Shown here: piece by piece, positions 1-12,900 of the stretch
Layout: the number at the start of each line of letters is the position of its first letter
How positions within the stretch are numbered: position 1 is the first letter of the stretch
DNA from: Paraspadella gotoi
Lineage: Eukaryota; Animalia; Chaetognatha
NCBI GenBank assembly: GCA_051294375.1
Contig: CM119268.1
Span: forward strand, 22,325,942-22,389,920
Direction of reading: 5' to 3'
DNA: 63,979 nucleotides
The notes under the pieces: model-generated
Told to the model about the DNA's origin: nothing
The model's database searches: none
The model's input: the letters and a program-made list of their open reading frames with translations, nothing else
Translations under genes and position numbers: made by a program

Positions 1-518
1 ATCTCACACTCTCTGCGATGTACATCACAAATGTCACTTATAACAAGTCGGTCCGTCCGTTTGTCTGATCGATGCCCAATTCGGCCTTATTTTACAAAAG
101 CACCTCATTTCTACTTTAATTTAACATTCAAAAGATTTATAGATTATAAAATAGGTTAGGGACATGGATAAGGGTTAGGATTAAGGTTAGGAATCAGATG
201 GAGATTATATCAAGGAATTTATTTTTTGGGTTAGATGTTAGGTATAAATATAAGGAACGGAAACGAGGCGCTTTCGGAAAAGAGCGCCAACATTTTTCCC
301 ATAATCTTTTCCGTCACCGATAAAAAGTAAAAAAAGTGAATCACCATTTAACGTGATGAAGTAAATGTTGTTTAATCCTGATTCGATTTTAACATTTTTA
401 TTCCTTTACTTTTCATCCTCCTCCTCTTCCTCCTCCTCTTCCTCCTCCTCCTCATCCTCGAGCCTTTTTTCTTCGTCCTCTTCCTCCCGGTGGTCGTTCT
501 TTGTCGTCTTCATTTACT

Positions 519-551
<33 letters not shown>

Positions 552-1174
552 NNNNNNNNNNNNNNNNNNNNNNNNNNNNNNNNNNNNNNNNNNNNNNNNN
601 NNNNNNNNNNNNNNNNNNNNNNNNNNNNNNNNNNNNNNNNNNNNNNNNNNNNNNNNNNNNNNNNNNNNNNNNNNNNNNNNNNNNNNNNNNNNNNNNNNNN
701 NNNNNNNNNNNNNNNNNNNNNNNNNNNNNNNNNNNNNNNNNNNNNNNNNNNNNNNNNNNNNNAGAGAGAGAGAGAGAGAGAGAGATCCTGGGCGACGCTC
801 CCTGATCTCAGCACCACGAGGCTTAAAATCGCACGTGAAGAGGAGGGAGAAGGAGGAAAGAGGGAGAGAGAGGAAGAGAGAGGGAGAGAGAGGGGAGAGA
901 AGCAAAGAGAGAGAGAGGGAGGAAGAAAAGAGAAGAGGAAAGTGAGAGAGCGAGAGGAATAATAGAGGAGAAAAGACAGAGAGAGAGGGAAAAGACAGGG
1001 AGGAAAATAGGGAAAAAGAAAAGGAGGGAGAGAGAGGAGAGAGGAGAGAGGAGAGAGGAGAGAGAGAGAGAGAGAGAGGAGAGAGAGGAAGAGATGGAGG
1101 AGAGAAGAGAGAGGGATGAGCGAGAGGAGAGAGAGAAAGAGAAAGAGACGATAGCCATGAGAAAGAGAGAAGAA

Positions 1175-1212
<38 letters not shown>

Positions 1213-2083
1213 AAAGGAGAGAGGAGAGATAAGAAGATATACAGTAGGAAATAAGAAAGGGGAGAAAGAATGAATTGGGGAGGAAAGGAGAAAATGGGAG
1301 GTAAGGAGGAAAAGGAAAGGAAAAGGAAAGGAAAGGAAAAGGAAAAAGAAAGAAGAGGAGGTAAGGAGGAAGATGGGGTACATTAGAGTTGAAGATAGAA
1401 GAGAATAGAAAAGAGAAGAGAGAAGGGGATAGAAAAGGTGAGAGTAAATCGAGAAGAGGACAGAAAAGAGAAAAAGAAAAATAAAAAAGAAAAGAATTGT
1501 TTGCATGTTTTGTTCGCAAAAGATGCGGCGGTAGAAATAAAAATTAGTATCATATTACATATATTACATAATTACCCTTTACGATGATCGTTATCCTGTA
1601 AAAATATAATATAGGAATATAAAAACCCAATTCAATTGCCAGTTCTTCTTTTCCAAATTTCTAGCCATTTTTTGGAGTTCATTAAAATAATTATAAATAA
1701 TTACGAATAAATTCGATTGCAACCAACTGCAAAAAAAAACATAATTTTGAGATTTAGATGCAGAAAATAAATTATATTTCAAATTAATCTTTTGCTTCAA
1801 TTATTCGATACTTGTACATAGATGGCGAATGCCACTTATTTGTTGAAACAAGAAAAAAACAAAAGATATAAATTTCATTCTACATTTCCGAATTATCTAA
1901 TATTTTGTATACATGACATTTATTGTGTTTTGTGAAACTCGTGATTATTTGTACTACCGTGAACCATGATTAAACCTATTAAGCCGATTAAAAATCATAA
2001 ACACAAAAATTCCTAAACACGAAATAATTTTTTCCTAAATATAGAACAATTTGAGATTGAGGCTTGTTAAATAGATAACTCGA

Positions 2084-2290
2084 TAGGCGGGTAGGTCATT
2101 AAATTAACAATTAAAATTATACCTATTAGGTGGGTAGGTCATTTAATTAACAATTAAAATAATACCTATTAGACGGGTAGGTCATTTAATTAACAATTAA
2201 AATTATACCTATTAGGCGGGTAGGTCATTTAATAAACAATTAAAATTATACCTATTAGGCGGGAAGGTCATTTAATTAAGAATTAAAATT
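2084..2290. repeat. 43-bp tandem repeat, about 5 copies, just 3' of GT7 copy 1
   Basis: Unit TAGGCGGGTAGGTCATTTAATTAACAATTAAAATTATACCTAT. Confidence 0.9.
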
Positions 2291-2329
2291 TCTTCACAGT
2301 TTCTTTTTTTCGTTCACCGTTTTTCCGCG

Positions 2330-5300
2330 TCACGTTTCCGTTTTCACGTCCACAACGACTTTCACATAATCTTCTTTCTCTTCGACGCCATCTGACGCGA
2401 ATTTCAGTTGGAGGAGGGAATTGAGTCCGTCTCTATGGAAACGCTCCTTGGCTTTTCTCAAGAGGGAGAACCTGATTTTTAAGGGAATTGGAATTACTAA
2501 TATAATAATAAGATAATTAAGTAAAGAGATTAGTCCTTTTATCCAGTTGAAACTATTACTACTTTATTGATAAGCACGCCAAGAGCTCAATATGAACGTC
2601 TTCATTAAAAGCTTGCTATTTAATTATCTTTTTAAAAGGATGGCAGCCTTAACTAACCATTAAGGCGTGGTAAAATTTCTAAATTTAACTTTAATTAACA
2701 TTTTAAAAGTGAGGAACGAACGACATTATACTAATGAACATTTATATAATAAAAAAATTTATAATAAAATTTACAATTTACGCAGTAGGCCATTTTTATA
2801 CTAGTACTAAACCAATAAATGTTAAATTTCAAAACAATTTTTTAAAAGATTTTTTTGCAGATTTGGATTCGTCATAAAAAGTTGATAAAAAGAAATATAA
2901 CTCTTTTTTGAAAAATTCCTTCATTAAGTGGGTCAAAAATTAGAAAAAGCTATATTTTAAGCTGAAAATTAACTTTTTATATATTAAATATAGTTTTTTT
3001 AATTTTTAACCCACTTAATGAAAGAATTTTTAAAATGATTTATATTTTCTTTTATCAACTTTTGACGAGGAATTCAAATCTGCAATCAAAATTAAGAAAA
3101 GCCTATTTTTGAAATTTTTTCGATTTTATAAGGATAGTACTATATATATAAATATAGCCTACTGCGAAAATTAAAAAGCATAAAATTAATTTTTTTTACA
3201 AATTAATGTTCACTGATGGTATGTTGTTCTTAATTAACTTTTAGAATTTTCGTATGTAACTTTCACTACGCCTTACTAACCATAAACATTGCTTGTACAA
3301 AACCTTTTTTATGAAGGAAAATATGATTTTTATGTTGGTTGGAGCAATTTCAAAAAAATGATGCATCTATTTAATAACTATATTAACTTTTGATGGTAGA
3401 CTGGCTAAACAATTTTAAGGCCTACATAATTTTAGTTTATTACGTCCTAAACTTTTAATCAATAAAATAGTTTTTTTTATTTATTTCAGTTGGATAATAA
3501 AAGCCTTATTAAGAGAAATAACGTATTAGAAATGACGAGAGAATATATGTTATTATAGATATTCAAACCCCACGCCACACTTTTTTAGATACACAGAAAC
3601 CTAGACATAGCTTATACCTTTTTTTGTTGGCCGCCTTGTGTCGACTCTCATGCCTGAGCATCGTGAAGTGATATATAGAATTTTTTATACTCTTTCGCTT
3701 GATCTGATAACCTTTAAACAAAGCATTAAAATTACGTCATATGTATACATATCAATCTGATATTGTAATAACTAAATAAGATATTTGATATCGATTAAAC
3801 CTGATTCCATTATTCTGAAGCCAAAGTCGTCATCTTCACCACCCCATCCCCAGTAAAGATTAGAGAATCCATTGACGGCGAAATATTGTTCTTTTGTTAC
3901 TGCCATCACGCCGCCAACCATCTGAATTTGCATTGGCCTTGGAGACAATCGGAGAGAGAAAATAAGGCTAAGTTAAGGGGACTGTTCGCTGACCCGAAAC
4001 AGTAACGGCGTGGGGGGGTCAGTTAATTAACCCACCGTAGAACTGGATATATGTGATCTTGGTCGGGCCATACTATTCAAAGGCGCCTCATTTCAGTTTA
4101 AATTCGGAATTAATTTAAATTTAAGGTTTAGAAATTAGGGTTAATTATGATTAAGAATTAGTTTAGGATATTGGTTAGGATATAGGATTAGTGATAAGGG
4201 GGTTAGGAGATTAGATTAAGGATTAAGTTAGTTAAAATTACGATTTTATAAGTACTTATGATTAAACATATATTAAAGTTTTAATTAAAATGTAGGTGTT
4301 ACGAAATCATTATCAATATATATCGAGGAAATCCAAACTTCTCTTCTTTCACCCCGATGCTCTTTTATTTCTATTTTACTAACGCAAGGAAATTCTATTT
4401 CTTCCGCGATCACAGCGACATCACTAGTTTCGAATTTGTATCATAGTATATATAGTATATACTTAAGTACAGTTCTCCGAGTGGCTACGCATGGCTGTTT
4501 CTGATTGGTTCCCGCCGTTTCGATAGATCTCAGGCTCGATTTCTATCGACGTGTGACCTCTCAGATTTGTTCAGTCTTGCAATGCGTTTTCTATACTTTT
4601 AAAAGATAAATTCGCTATTTAAGATATCTCGGAAACTTCTTTTTTAATAAGAAACTAGTGATCGCTGGATTGGTGGACTTTCCTTGTGATAGAGGCAACC
4701 ATTCTACAAATTTGGCTTCAGAAACAAGTAAGATGGATTCTTTAAACTTTATATATATATTTGCTGAGTGTGTATTAAATGTTTTGTTATTCCTTGCCCA
4801 GGACTTCTAACTCTCTACATTACTTCAGATACCAACTAGAAGTGCTGGGCTTAGACTTTGTCGTCAGTTCATCATCTTGAGCGTCTTGACCGGCGCCATC
4901 GTCTCGTCCGCGCCATCTAAACTCGAATTCCTCTCGTTTTGATAGCGCAGGATCAGCTCAGACAGTTAGTTGTCAAAGACAGCCACCTCTACGAACTTAG
5001 TTCAATACAGTAGGATTACAGAATAGAAATAGAGGACTTTCAGAAAATAGGGCTCATGGTCATTGGTGATTTTGAATAACTTTATTAGGTATAAACAATA
5101 GCATATTTTAGGTATTCTTACTTATATTTTAGAGTATCGACCATTGCACCCAAATGAACGAGTCCTGTTTTGTCACATCGGTACAAAATTCTTTCGTCTT
5201 CTGGAACAAGGTCGACGTCATGGAAGACAAAGCATTGGAGATCGGGTCGCATTAAACGCGCCGTCAGGAATCCAATATTAAATAATTTTCCTGAAACAAT

Positions 5301-7514
5301 TATGAACATCAAGTTTAAAAAGATAATTATTTTTTTTTTTAAATCGAGGTAGTATTTTAGTTTTTTTTATCAAAAATATTAAGTTATTAAAAGTTATTAA
5401 AAAGGATAATTTTCCCTCTTTATCCTTAAAATTTATCTATAGTTGTTAATAATATTGGTGATTAACATCGTTTTATAAGGAAAAGGCATATTATTTTTAG
5501 TTGAGAAATATAAAATCCCTCAACAATAACAAATTATAAATAACCTTAATCCCATAACAAATTATCCTCTCCACCCCTTTCTGTTCAGACTTTTAGATAT
5601 TTTGAAATTTTCAATAAATGACTTCTTAACAAGAATGATATCTAATATCTAATTAAAAAACTAGGGCAGAAAGTGTAGAAGATTAATTTGTGAATTATCT
5701 GAAATGAGATTGAGTTACTCAATCTCATTTGCATATTGTCGTATTTTGATTAAGCCTTGATAAATTTTTTTCTATTGCTTTAAAGGTTTCATATTAATAT
5801 TTTCATTAGTAAATGATCATGTTTATTTGTGATATAATTAATGATTTATCATAATTGCTAGTTTACTACTTTAATTGTTAATTATTATTAATTATCCGTT
5901 AGTCAGCTAGGATTACATGGGTCGGTTTGTACCGCTATGCCCTTGCTAGCTCAATACTTAGGTTTAACACTCATTGAGATAATAACATGTAATTGTTATC
6001 TTTTCATAGGTTTATACTTGAATACATTGCAAGCCAAATTCTTTAGTTCATTAGTGTTAACAAGAAGCTAATAGCTTCCAAACCATTAAGTAAGTCACTA
6101 ATTGAATATCGACTGAACCTGTATTAACCGATGTCATGTATACTGGGGGTAATCATTTTCATACAGAGATATCCCTCTGTTAGAGAAAGTAACTTTTAAC
6201 TTTGTGTTGCTCCCTCTATTTCCAGAAGACAACAAAAACATCCCTCTCCCCATTACATTATAAAAGAATATACTCTATATAAAAAATATAATTAAATCTA
6301 ATATATAGTAAAATTTCTTAAATTTTTACATATATTTTAAAATTTTAATATAAAATTTAGTAAAACAAGTAATCTTGCAATTTTTCATTTAAAATTTTAT
6401 AGTATTGATAATTAAATCTATTACTAAATAATATTCTATTAAGGTATTTATCTATTCCTTTTATTTAATTCTTATATTCATATATAGCAATGAGGGCAGT
6501 TGTAATAAACTATCTTTTCCTCCGTCCAAAGAGGCTTACCTTTATTGAAGGCCTTGTCCTTTTCCCCTCCTTGCTCATGACAAAGATCTGATAGTCTAGT
6601 TGTTGTCGTTGCAACAAAGGATGAATAATATGAAGGAAAACTTTTAAATTGTCCTCTCGATTTCTGCAACAAAAGATAAAAAGTAAATCAAATCTATATT
6701 ATATTAATTATTTAGTTATTAATTATTTAATTAATATTAAAATCTATATTATATAAATAATATGTAAATTAGTTAGTTTGTAAATGAATCACTAACCATA
6801 ATTGATTAGGTAGCAAGGAAAATTTAAGAGTTCACTCAAAAAAAGTTTAAATTTTATTTTTTTATTAAAATACAATGTTACATAAATAAAAAAAATTAAT
6901 GGTTACAAAATTTCTGCTCAGACATATATTTATTAATTACTTCATTGTTAATTTATTAATTGAAACTCTAAATTAATTTTTTTTAAATTTATACCTAAAT
7001 GGAACTATAAAGGCGATGGAATCAGTCGGTGTACAATTTTTTGGTTTCCAAGCTCCATTGACAGTAGAAAACAACCTGAGTCAGAAATTGGAAACTATTT
7101 TCTTCCTTAATTCAAAAGGTCTATTTCATGATATATTAAGTATTTGGTAAGAGATTAGTATTAATGATTAAAGTTAAAATTAAGAAATACGGCGCTCTCG
7201 GAAAATAGCGCCCTTTTTTTTTTTTTTTTTTTACTTCGTATCGTTGGGCAAATTCGTGTCATTGACTACGTTTTTGATGTAGTTTTGCCAAAACTTCAAA
7301 TTCGCGAATCCCGAACGTCGCCAGAGCGGACCTGAGGTCAAACATGTCTTTCACTCATTTACGTCAACAAAATAAACATCGAAAGAAACGGTTGCCATGA
7401 CAACAGACCGAGATCTTGAGGCAGTCGGCATTGAGAAGAGGCATTAGATTTAAATGACTTTTCCTGGGCGGAGATGAAAGCGGTTTTGGTTGTTGTTGTT
7501 GTTGTTGGTGTTGG

Positions 7515-7545
<31 letters not shown>

Positions 7546-7924
7546 GTTTTTGTTGTAGATGTTGTTTTCGTCTTATTGGTGTGGGTCGACTCCTGTGTCT
7601 TGTCGTTGTTGGTGACCCTTTTTGAAGCTAAAATGAATTTAAGTTGATGTTCTGTTAAATTACTTGATATTTATATTTATACTTTTTTGTATTTATATTA
7701 ACTCACTTTCAACTTTGTCGTTTTTATAGATTAACGATTGATAAATGGTTATCCCAGTTTTGGAATCTCCAGGAAAAATATGATTAAGAATGAAAAAGAT
7801 GAAGCTACCTGAAAAAAATAATGTATAATGTATAAAGTATAATGTGTTTTATTGACGTGTGAATTACTTTTTACAAATAAAATTCATAAACAGTGATGGG
7901 TACTGGCTACTCTTCCGAAAATCA

Positions 7925-7989
<65 letters not shown>

Positions 7990-8029
7990 TACATGTAACA
8001 ATAAACGCGAGAATTTTTTTTTCGCCCAT
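2330..8029 (-). CDS. GT7 beta-1,4-galactosyl/N-acetylgalactosaminyltransferase (bre-4/B4GALT-like), copy 1; apparent 1-nt frameshift in exon 6
   Basis: 10 GT-AG exons: 8029-7993, 7808-7707, 7627-7409, 7331-7235, 7075-6995, 6663-6540, 5290-5122, 3937-3801, 3711-3618, 2471-2330. Type II membrane N-terminus (MGEKKILAFIVTCSFIFFIL), Thr-rich stem, then IAFIVPFR, FHDVD, GFSNLYWGWGGEDDD, TMLRH and RDGLNS motifs. Exon 6 is 124 nt versus 125 nt in the three paralogs. Confidence 0.88.
2661..3275. mobile_element. hAT-type foldback MITE, copy A
   Basis: Termini TAAGGCG…CGCCTTA, long imperfect internal inverted symmetry, 8-bp TSD CTAACCAT on both sides. Confidence 0.85.
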
Positions 8030-8232
8030 TTTATGTTCGTCTCTCTTTTTCGTTCACCATCTCAAAGGAATTTAAAACTGTTCAAAAAATAAATATTTAA
8101 AAAAATTACATTCAAGGTTACTTTAGGTTAGGGATTAGGGTTAAAAATTAGGTTAGGGATTAGGGTTAAGGATTAGGTTAGGGATTAGTGATCGAAGTCT
8201 GGGATTAGATGAAGGTTAATAACGACAAGGGT

Positions 8233-8464
8233 GATGAGACAGTAGTTATTGTTATGTTTTAGTGACAGAACCGTTCAATATAAGCAGTCCCTGAGCTTTG
8301 GATCAGGCTGTAACACCGTGTTACAGGCGGGTTAAGCGCCCTGTCCCTCTTAACTGCTAGGCGACCACCGGGCTAGAACTCCGGACCTTTGGGTTTGGAG
8401 GCGAATGACTTGCCTCCGGCACCAATGGCCGCTGATGAATGGTTAGTGGATTTTAGTCCACCAT
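8233..8464 (+). mobile_element. Structured ~230-bp interspersed repeat (HINE/Helentron-like or SINE-like), representative copy
   Basis: Other copies at about 11573-11742(+), 16491-16719(-), 16721-16913(+), 21357-21545(-), 34550-34775(-) and 43750-43964(+). Subterminal inverted repeat AACCGTTCA/TGAACGGTT and 3' hairpin GGTGGA-TTTTAG-TCCACC. Confidence 0.75.
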
Positions 8465-9916
8465 GAGGGTAAGGACTTGGATTAAACTTTTGGCAAGAGA
8501 TTAGAGCAAGATATTAATATTACTATAATGAAGTTAAAAGATTAGGAGTTTAAATGTGGGGCTCTAGGAAAATAGTGCCGATAATACTATATCTGCTCAA
8601 AAAGGATGGACGGACAAATATAAATACATACATATATCTATTTATATATAAATAGTTACCTGTAGATACCTCGAGTTATTTCATCAATCATTTTTGAGAT
8701 AAATTCAACTTTGCTTTGAGAAAACACATTTGGCAGTCGGGTTAAGTCAGAGTTAAAACTGGTTTTTAAAGTTGACCGGTTTTTTGATTTGGTAAAGAGT
8801 TAAGTCGAAGCCGGTGGCGCCAACTAGGACGAATTTTGTCTTTTGTTTCTTTGGATTTTTTTTTTGTTGTTTATTTATAACAAACGAACTGTCAAAACAA
8901 ATTTGTCGTAAAAATCAAAACAAATTTTTTATGAAAAATTTTCGATCAAAAATAAATGTTTATTGTATATTGAATAGTATATTGTATAGTGAATAGTGAA
9001 AGTTATCTACTTTAGCCTATCATTAAATAGAAAACTAATATTAATTTATATATATAGTATATTTATTTTCATAATATAATAGGAACGAGATAGAAAATAT
9101 AAAATATATATTTAAAATATATACCGAAAAATAAATTGAAAATAATGAAAACAAATTATATCGAAAATAATTCATCTTGTTATTTTTACTCGATCGTGAA
9201 TCGGAAATTTAAATTTCGACCTTTAGCCAATAAACAATCTTGGCCTTATTTTCCCCGAATGCCCCATTCCATCTTAAATTCAAAATTAGATTAATTTTTT
9301 ATAGTTCGGCTTTAGGTTAGGAATTAAGTTAGTGATAAAGGTTATGGATTTAGTCTTTTGGTTAAAATTAAATTCTGTGATAAACGAAAAAAAATAGGGC
9401 ACTCTGGGAAAAGAGAGCCAACATCTTTTTAGTTGCGCCGCAAGTAAATAATCGATCGGTCAGTCCGTCCGTCTTTCGGTCCGTTCGTCAGTCTGTCCCG
9501 ATTAAGCCATGAGTAATTCTGCTTCAATTAATTTCGTATTTTGTAAAAAGGAAATGTACCACAAGACCTTCTCCATTAATGTGACAACCTAAAAAACCGA
9601 TCACGCGACCAAAAATTTCATGCGGCGTAATTAATGAAATAATGAGTCATTTTTATTAATACTTGGCAGACTAATCTACTTTTTTTTTATTTATTAAATT
9701 ATTCAATATTATAAAAATCAACATTACTAGATAGAAACTATCATAGTCATCAGTCAATGAACTACACTGTGATACATTAAAAGTTTGTAAGGCCTTGTAA
9801 AAAAGACGAATCCCTTAACCAACCATAAACTATTCAAAGTCAGGGGCAAGATAGCTTATTAAATGAATGGATAAACTTTACATTGGTTTCACCAATTTTA
9901 TAGATCAAATTGTTTT

Positions 9917-12900
9917 TCATCTCTCATTTTTCACGTCAACAATGATGTGAACAAACTCTTCTGATTTGACGAGCCTTTCCACAGAGTATTCCGCGTTGCT
10001 CAGAGAATTAAGTCCGTCGGTCTTGAAGACCCGCTTGGTCACAGCAAGCATTCTATATCTGAAAGAGGGCAGGGGTAATTTTTTTTTTTTGAAATAGTAC
10101 CATCCCAACATTGCGTTCTATTCACACTCCTAACGACTTTCCGTTTTGTGGGCAAAAGCGAGACGGTATTAGTGTAACCGCGCCCCTGAGCAGGTCTGAA
10201 GCCCCTTATCCGCTAGTGCGATGTACCACCCGGCGAGGTCTCATTAGCTACCTGCTAGGTTCCACAGGCCTTAGCCATAGAGGTTTAAAATCTTTCGTTA
10301 CTGCACATTGCATGCTGGACACTGGTCATTGGAGCCGAACTCCCTCTTCTCTTAAAGACTTTCAGGAGGATCGAATTACATAGACAATTAAGTCAAGGAT
10401 AATTGTTTGTTTCACACGAGTGATTATTTTTCACCTTTTTGGGTTTCCATTCGTGAACCTTCGATTTTTGTGCGTCAACATAGTGTAGTGATAGATAGAA
10501 TTTTTGGTATCTTCGCGGAGAGCGGGAATGCCTAAAAATCATTTTTTTTTTTTAAATATAGTTTTGAATTGTCATTTTTCTATTTTTAAATGAGAGGCTA
10601 AACCGATCGCTTGTAGTCTGAGGCCAAAATCGTCATCTTCGCCACCAGCCCAGTATTTGTTGGAGAAGCCATTTGCTGTAGTGAATTGTTTCTTTGTCAC
10701 GGCCAAGACTCCGCCCAGCATATGACTGTACATTGGGCTGTAAAAATTGAGATCACGTGAAAATATTTTGTTTAAGATTGAAAAGAAATTTTCTAAATTT
10801 TAATTTGATTTTACCGTTGTCATAATATCCTTCGGTATTGCTAACAAATCCTTTATTATACTATCTAGGAAAAAAGTATATAACGTTTTTAATAACGGAT
10901 ATCTATTCGAAAACTTGTTTGATTTAAAAAAGATCAGAATGTTTCCAGATTTACATTGAATTTTTTTTCAGTAGCTTTCTTCTATGTTTTTGTTGGTCAA
11001 AATTTTAGAAGTTACAGGCCAAAAAATATTGTTACTTCAAATGAAAAATGTCCAAAAAAATCATATTTAGTTTTCCTCCATTTTTGGTATTTAGTTATTT
11101 GTTTTTATTTCAAATAGAGTTATTTTTTTTTTAATTAGGCAATGCAAAAGGCCTTGCACCTCTTTTTGGTTAAAAAAAAGTATTATTATACTGTGGCAGT
11201 TATTAAAGAGAAAAGAGGGAAAGACATGCAACATCAATATTGGGTCTGAAAAGAATTGTGTTAAAGATATGGAAAAACATTTCAGTCATGTGAGAGCATG
11301 CCCAGATAAATGCAGGCAGTAGTCGATGCCGAGGAAGGGCATTCCAAATATTAAGAATGTTTTACCCATGTTTTGTATACTTTTTATTGAATAAATGAAT
11401 TATGTTATATACTTTTATCCTAGATAGTATGATTACTACACGTCAAATTACAAATAAAACTAATGTTTAAGCATTACGGAATCAATCCCAGCTGAACATT
11501 TAATTGGTCTTCACTCATATTAACCAAGATGTAACACTTTGAAAAAAAACCAAATAATTGACTTATGAGCAAGTGATAGAACCGTTCAATATAAGCACTC
11601 CCTGAGCTTTGGATCAGGCTGTAACACTGTGTTACAGGCGAGTTAAGCTCTCCGTCACTGTTAACTGCTAGGCCGCCACCGGGGTATTACTCCGGACCTT
11701 TGGGTTGGGACTTGCCTACTTCACTTCACTTTAGTCCACCATTATAATATTATCATTATTTAAAACCCAATTTGTTTCCTACGTATAATTTAGTGTATCG
11801 ACCATGGAACCAAAGTGTTTAGCTCCTTTCTCGTCGCAATTATACAAAATTCTTTCGTCTTCTGGAACGAGATCAACATCGTGAAAAAAGAAGCAGTTTA
11901 TGTCTGGACGAATTTCCACGGCGGATTTGAAGCCCACGTTATAAAGTTTGCCTATGATAAGTAGATCGGTTAGAAAAATTACTCGCGATCTTGATTATGA
12001 ATATGATGAAATGATAGAAAAATTAGTTTTGTAAAAATAAACATTTTATACATTTTTAGCTAAACATGCGCGGAAAAATGTAACTTGGAATTTATAAACG
12101 ATTAAAAGTATGGATTCTGAATTATAAATGAGAAAAAAACATTTTAGCCATAAATAATATTATAATATATTAATTCTCAATGAAAAGGAAGTATGGGAGA
12201 GATTAGGATTAGGGATTATTATTAATGATTATGGTTCAAGATTAGGGATTAGTATTAATGATTAGGGTTCAAGATTATTTTTTTATATTGGATGTACCAA
12301 TTTCATAATGACATGATGAATTGACCACAAACCTTTGTTAAATTTTTTGTTCTTGTCTCCTCCTTGTTCGATGACAAAGACTTGATAATCCATTTTCTGT
12401 CGCTGAAGAAAAGGATGAAGAATATTGAGGAAGAGTCGAAGGTGATCCTCCCGGTCTCTTCATTGTGAAAGATGATAATGTTAATGAATTATGATTCTGT
12501 GACAGTGATTACTAATTAGTGCCTCAGACTCAACAGTAAGGCGGAGTAAAAATTATCAATTTAACTTTAATTATAATTCTAACAGTGAGGAATGAACGAC
12601 ATTATACTAATATACATTTATTTATAAAAAAATTTTATAATCAATTTTACAATTTACGCAGTAAGCTATATTTATACTAGTACTAATCCAATAAATGTTA
12701 AAATTTCAAAATTATTTTTTGTAAGATTTTTTTTGCAGATTTGGATTCGTCATGAAAAGTTGATGCAAAGAAATATAACTCTTTTTGAAAAATTCCTTCA
12801 TTAAGTTGATCAAATATAAAAAACCTATATTTTAAGCTGAAAATTTAAGCAAAGTTCGAAATTAGTTTCTTCAACGATTTTTATTTTTGTACGGACATGT

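Noticed and set aside
365-1519. Long ORFs (SLSL/ERER-type)
   Set aside because: They arise from (CT)n/(AG)n and purine-rich low-complexity DNA plus N gaps.
8120-8215. TTAGGG-like runs as interstitial telomeres (also about 150-240, 4120-4230, 13790-13860, 25560-25720, 63830-63979)
   Set aside because: They are short and degenerate, and recur between similar flanking motifs, consistent with the interior of a dispersed repeat family.
8432-8463. CTGATGA in the structured repeat as a hammerhead core
   Set aside because: No GAAA follows the adjacent stem and there is no stem III or cleavage triplet.
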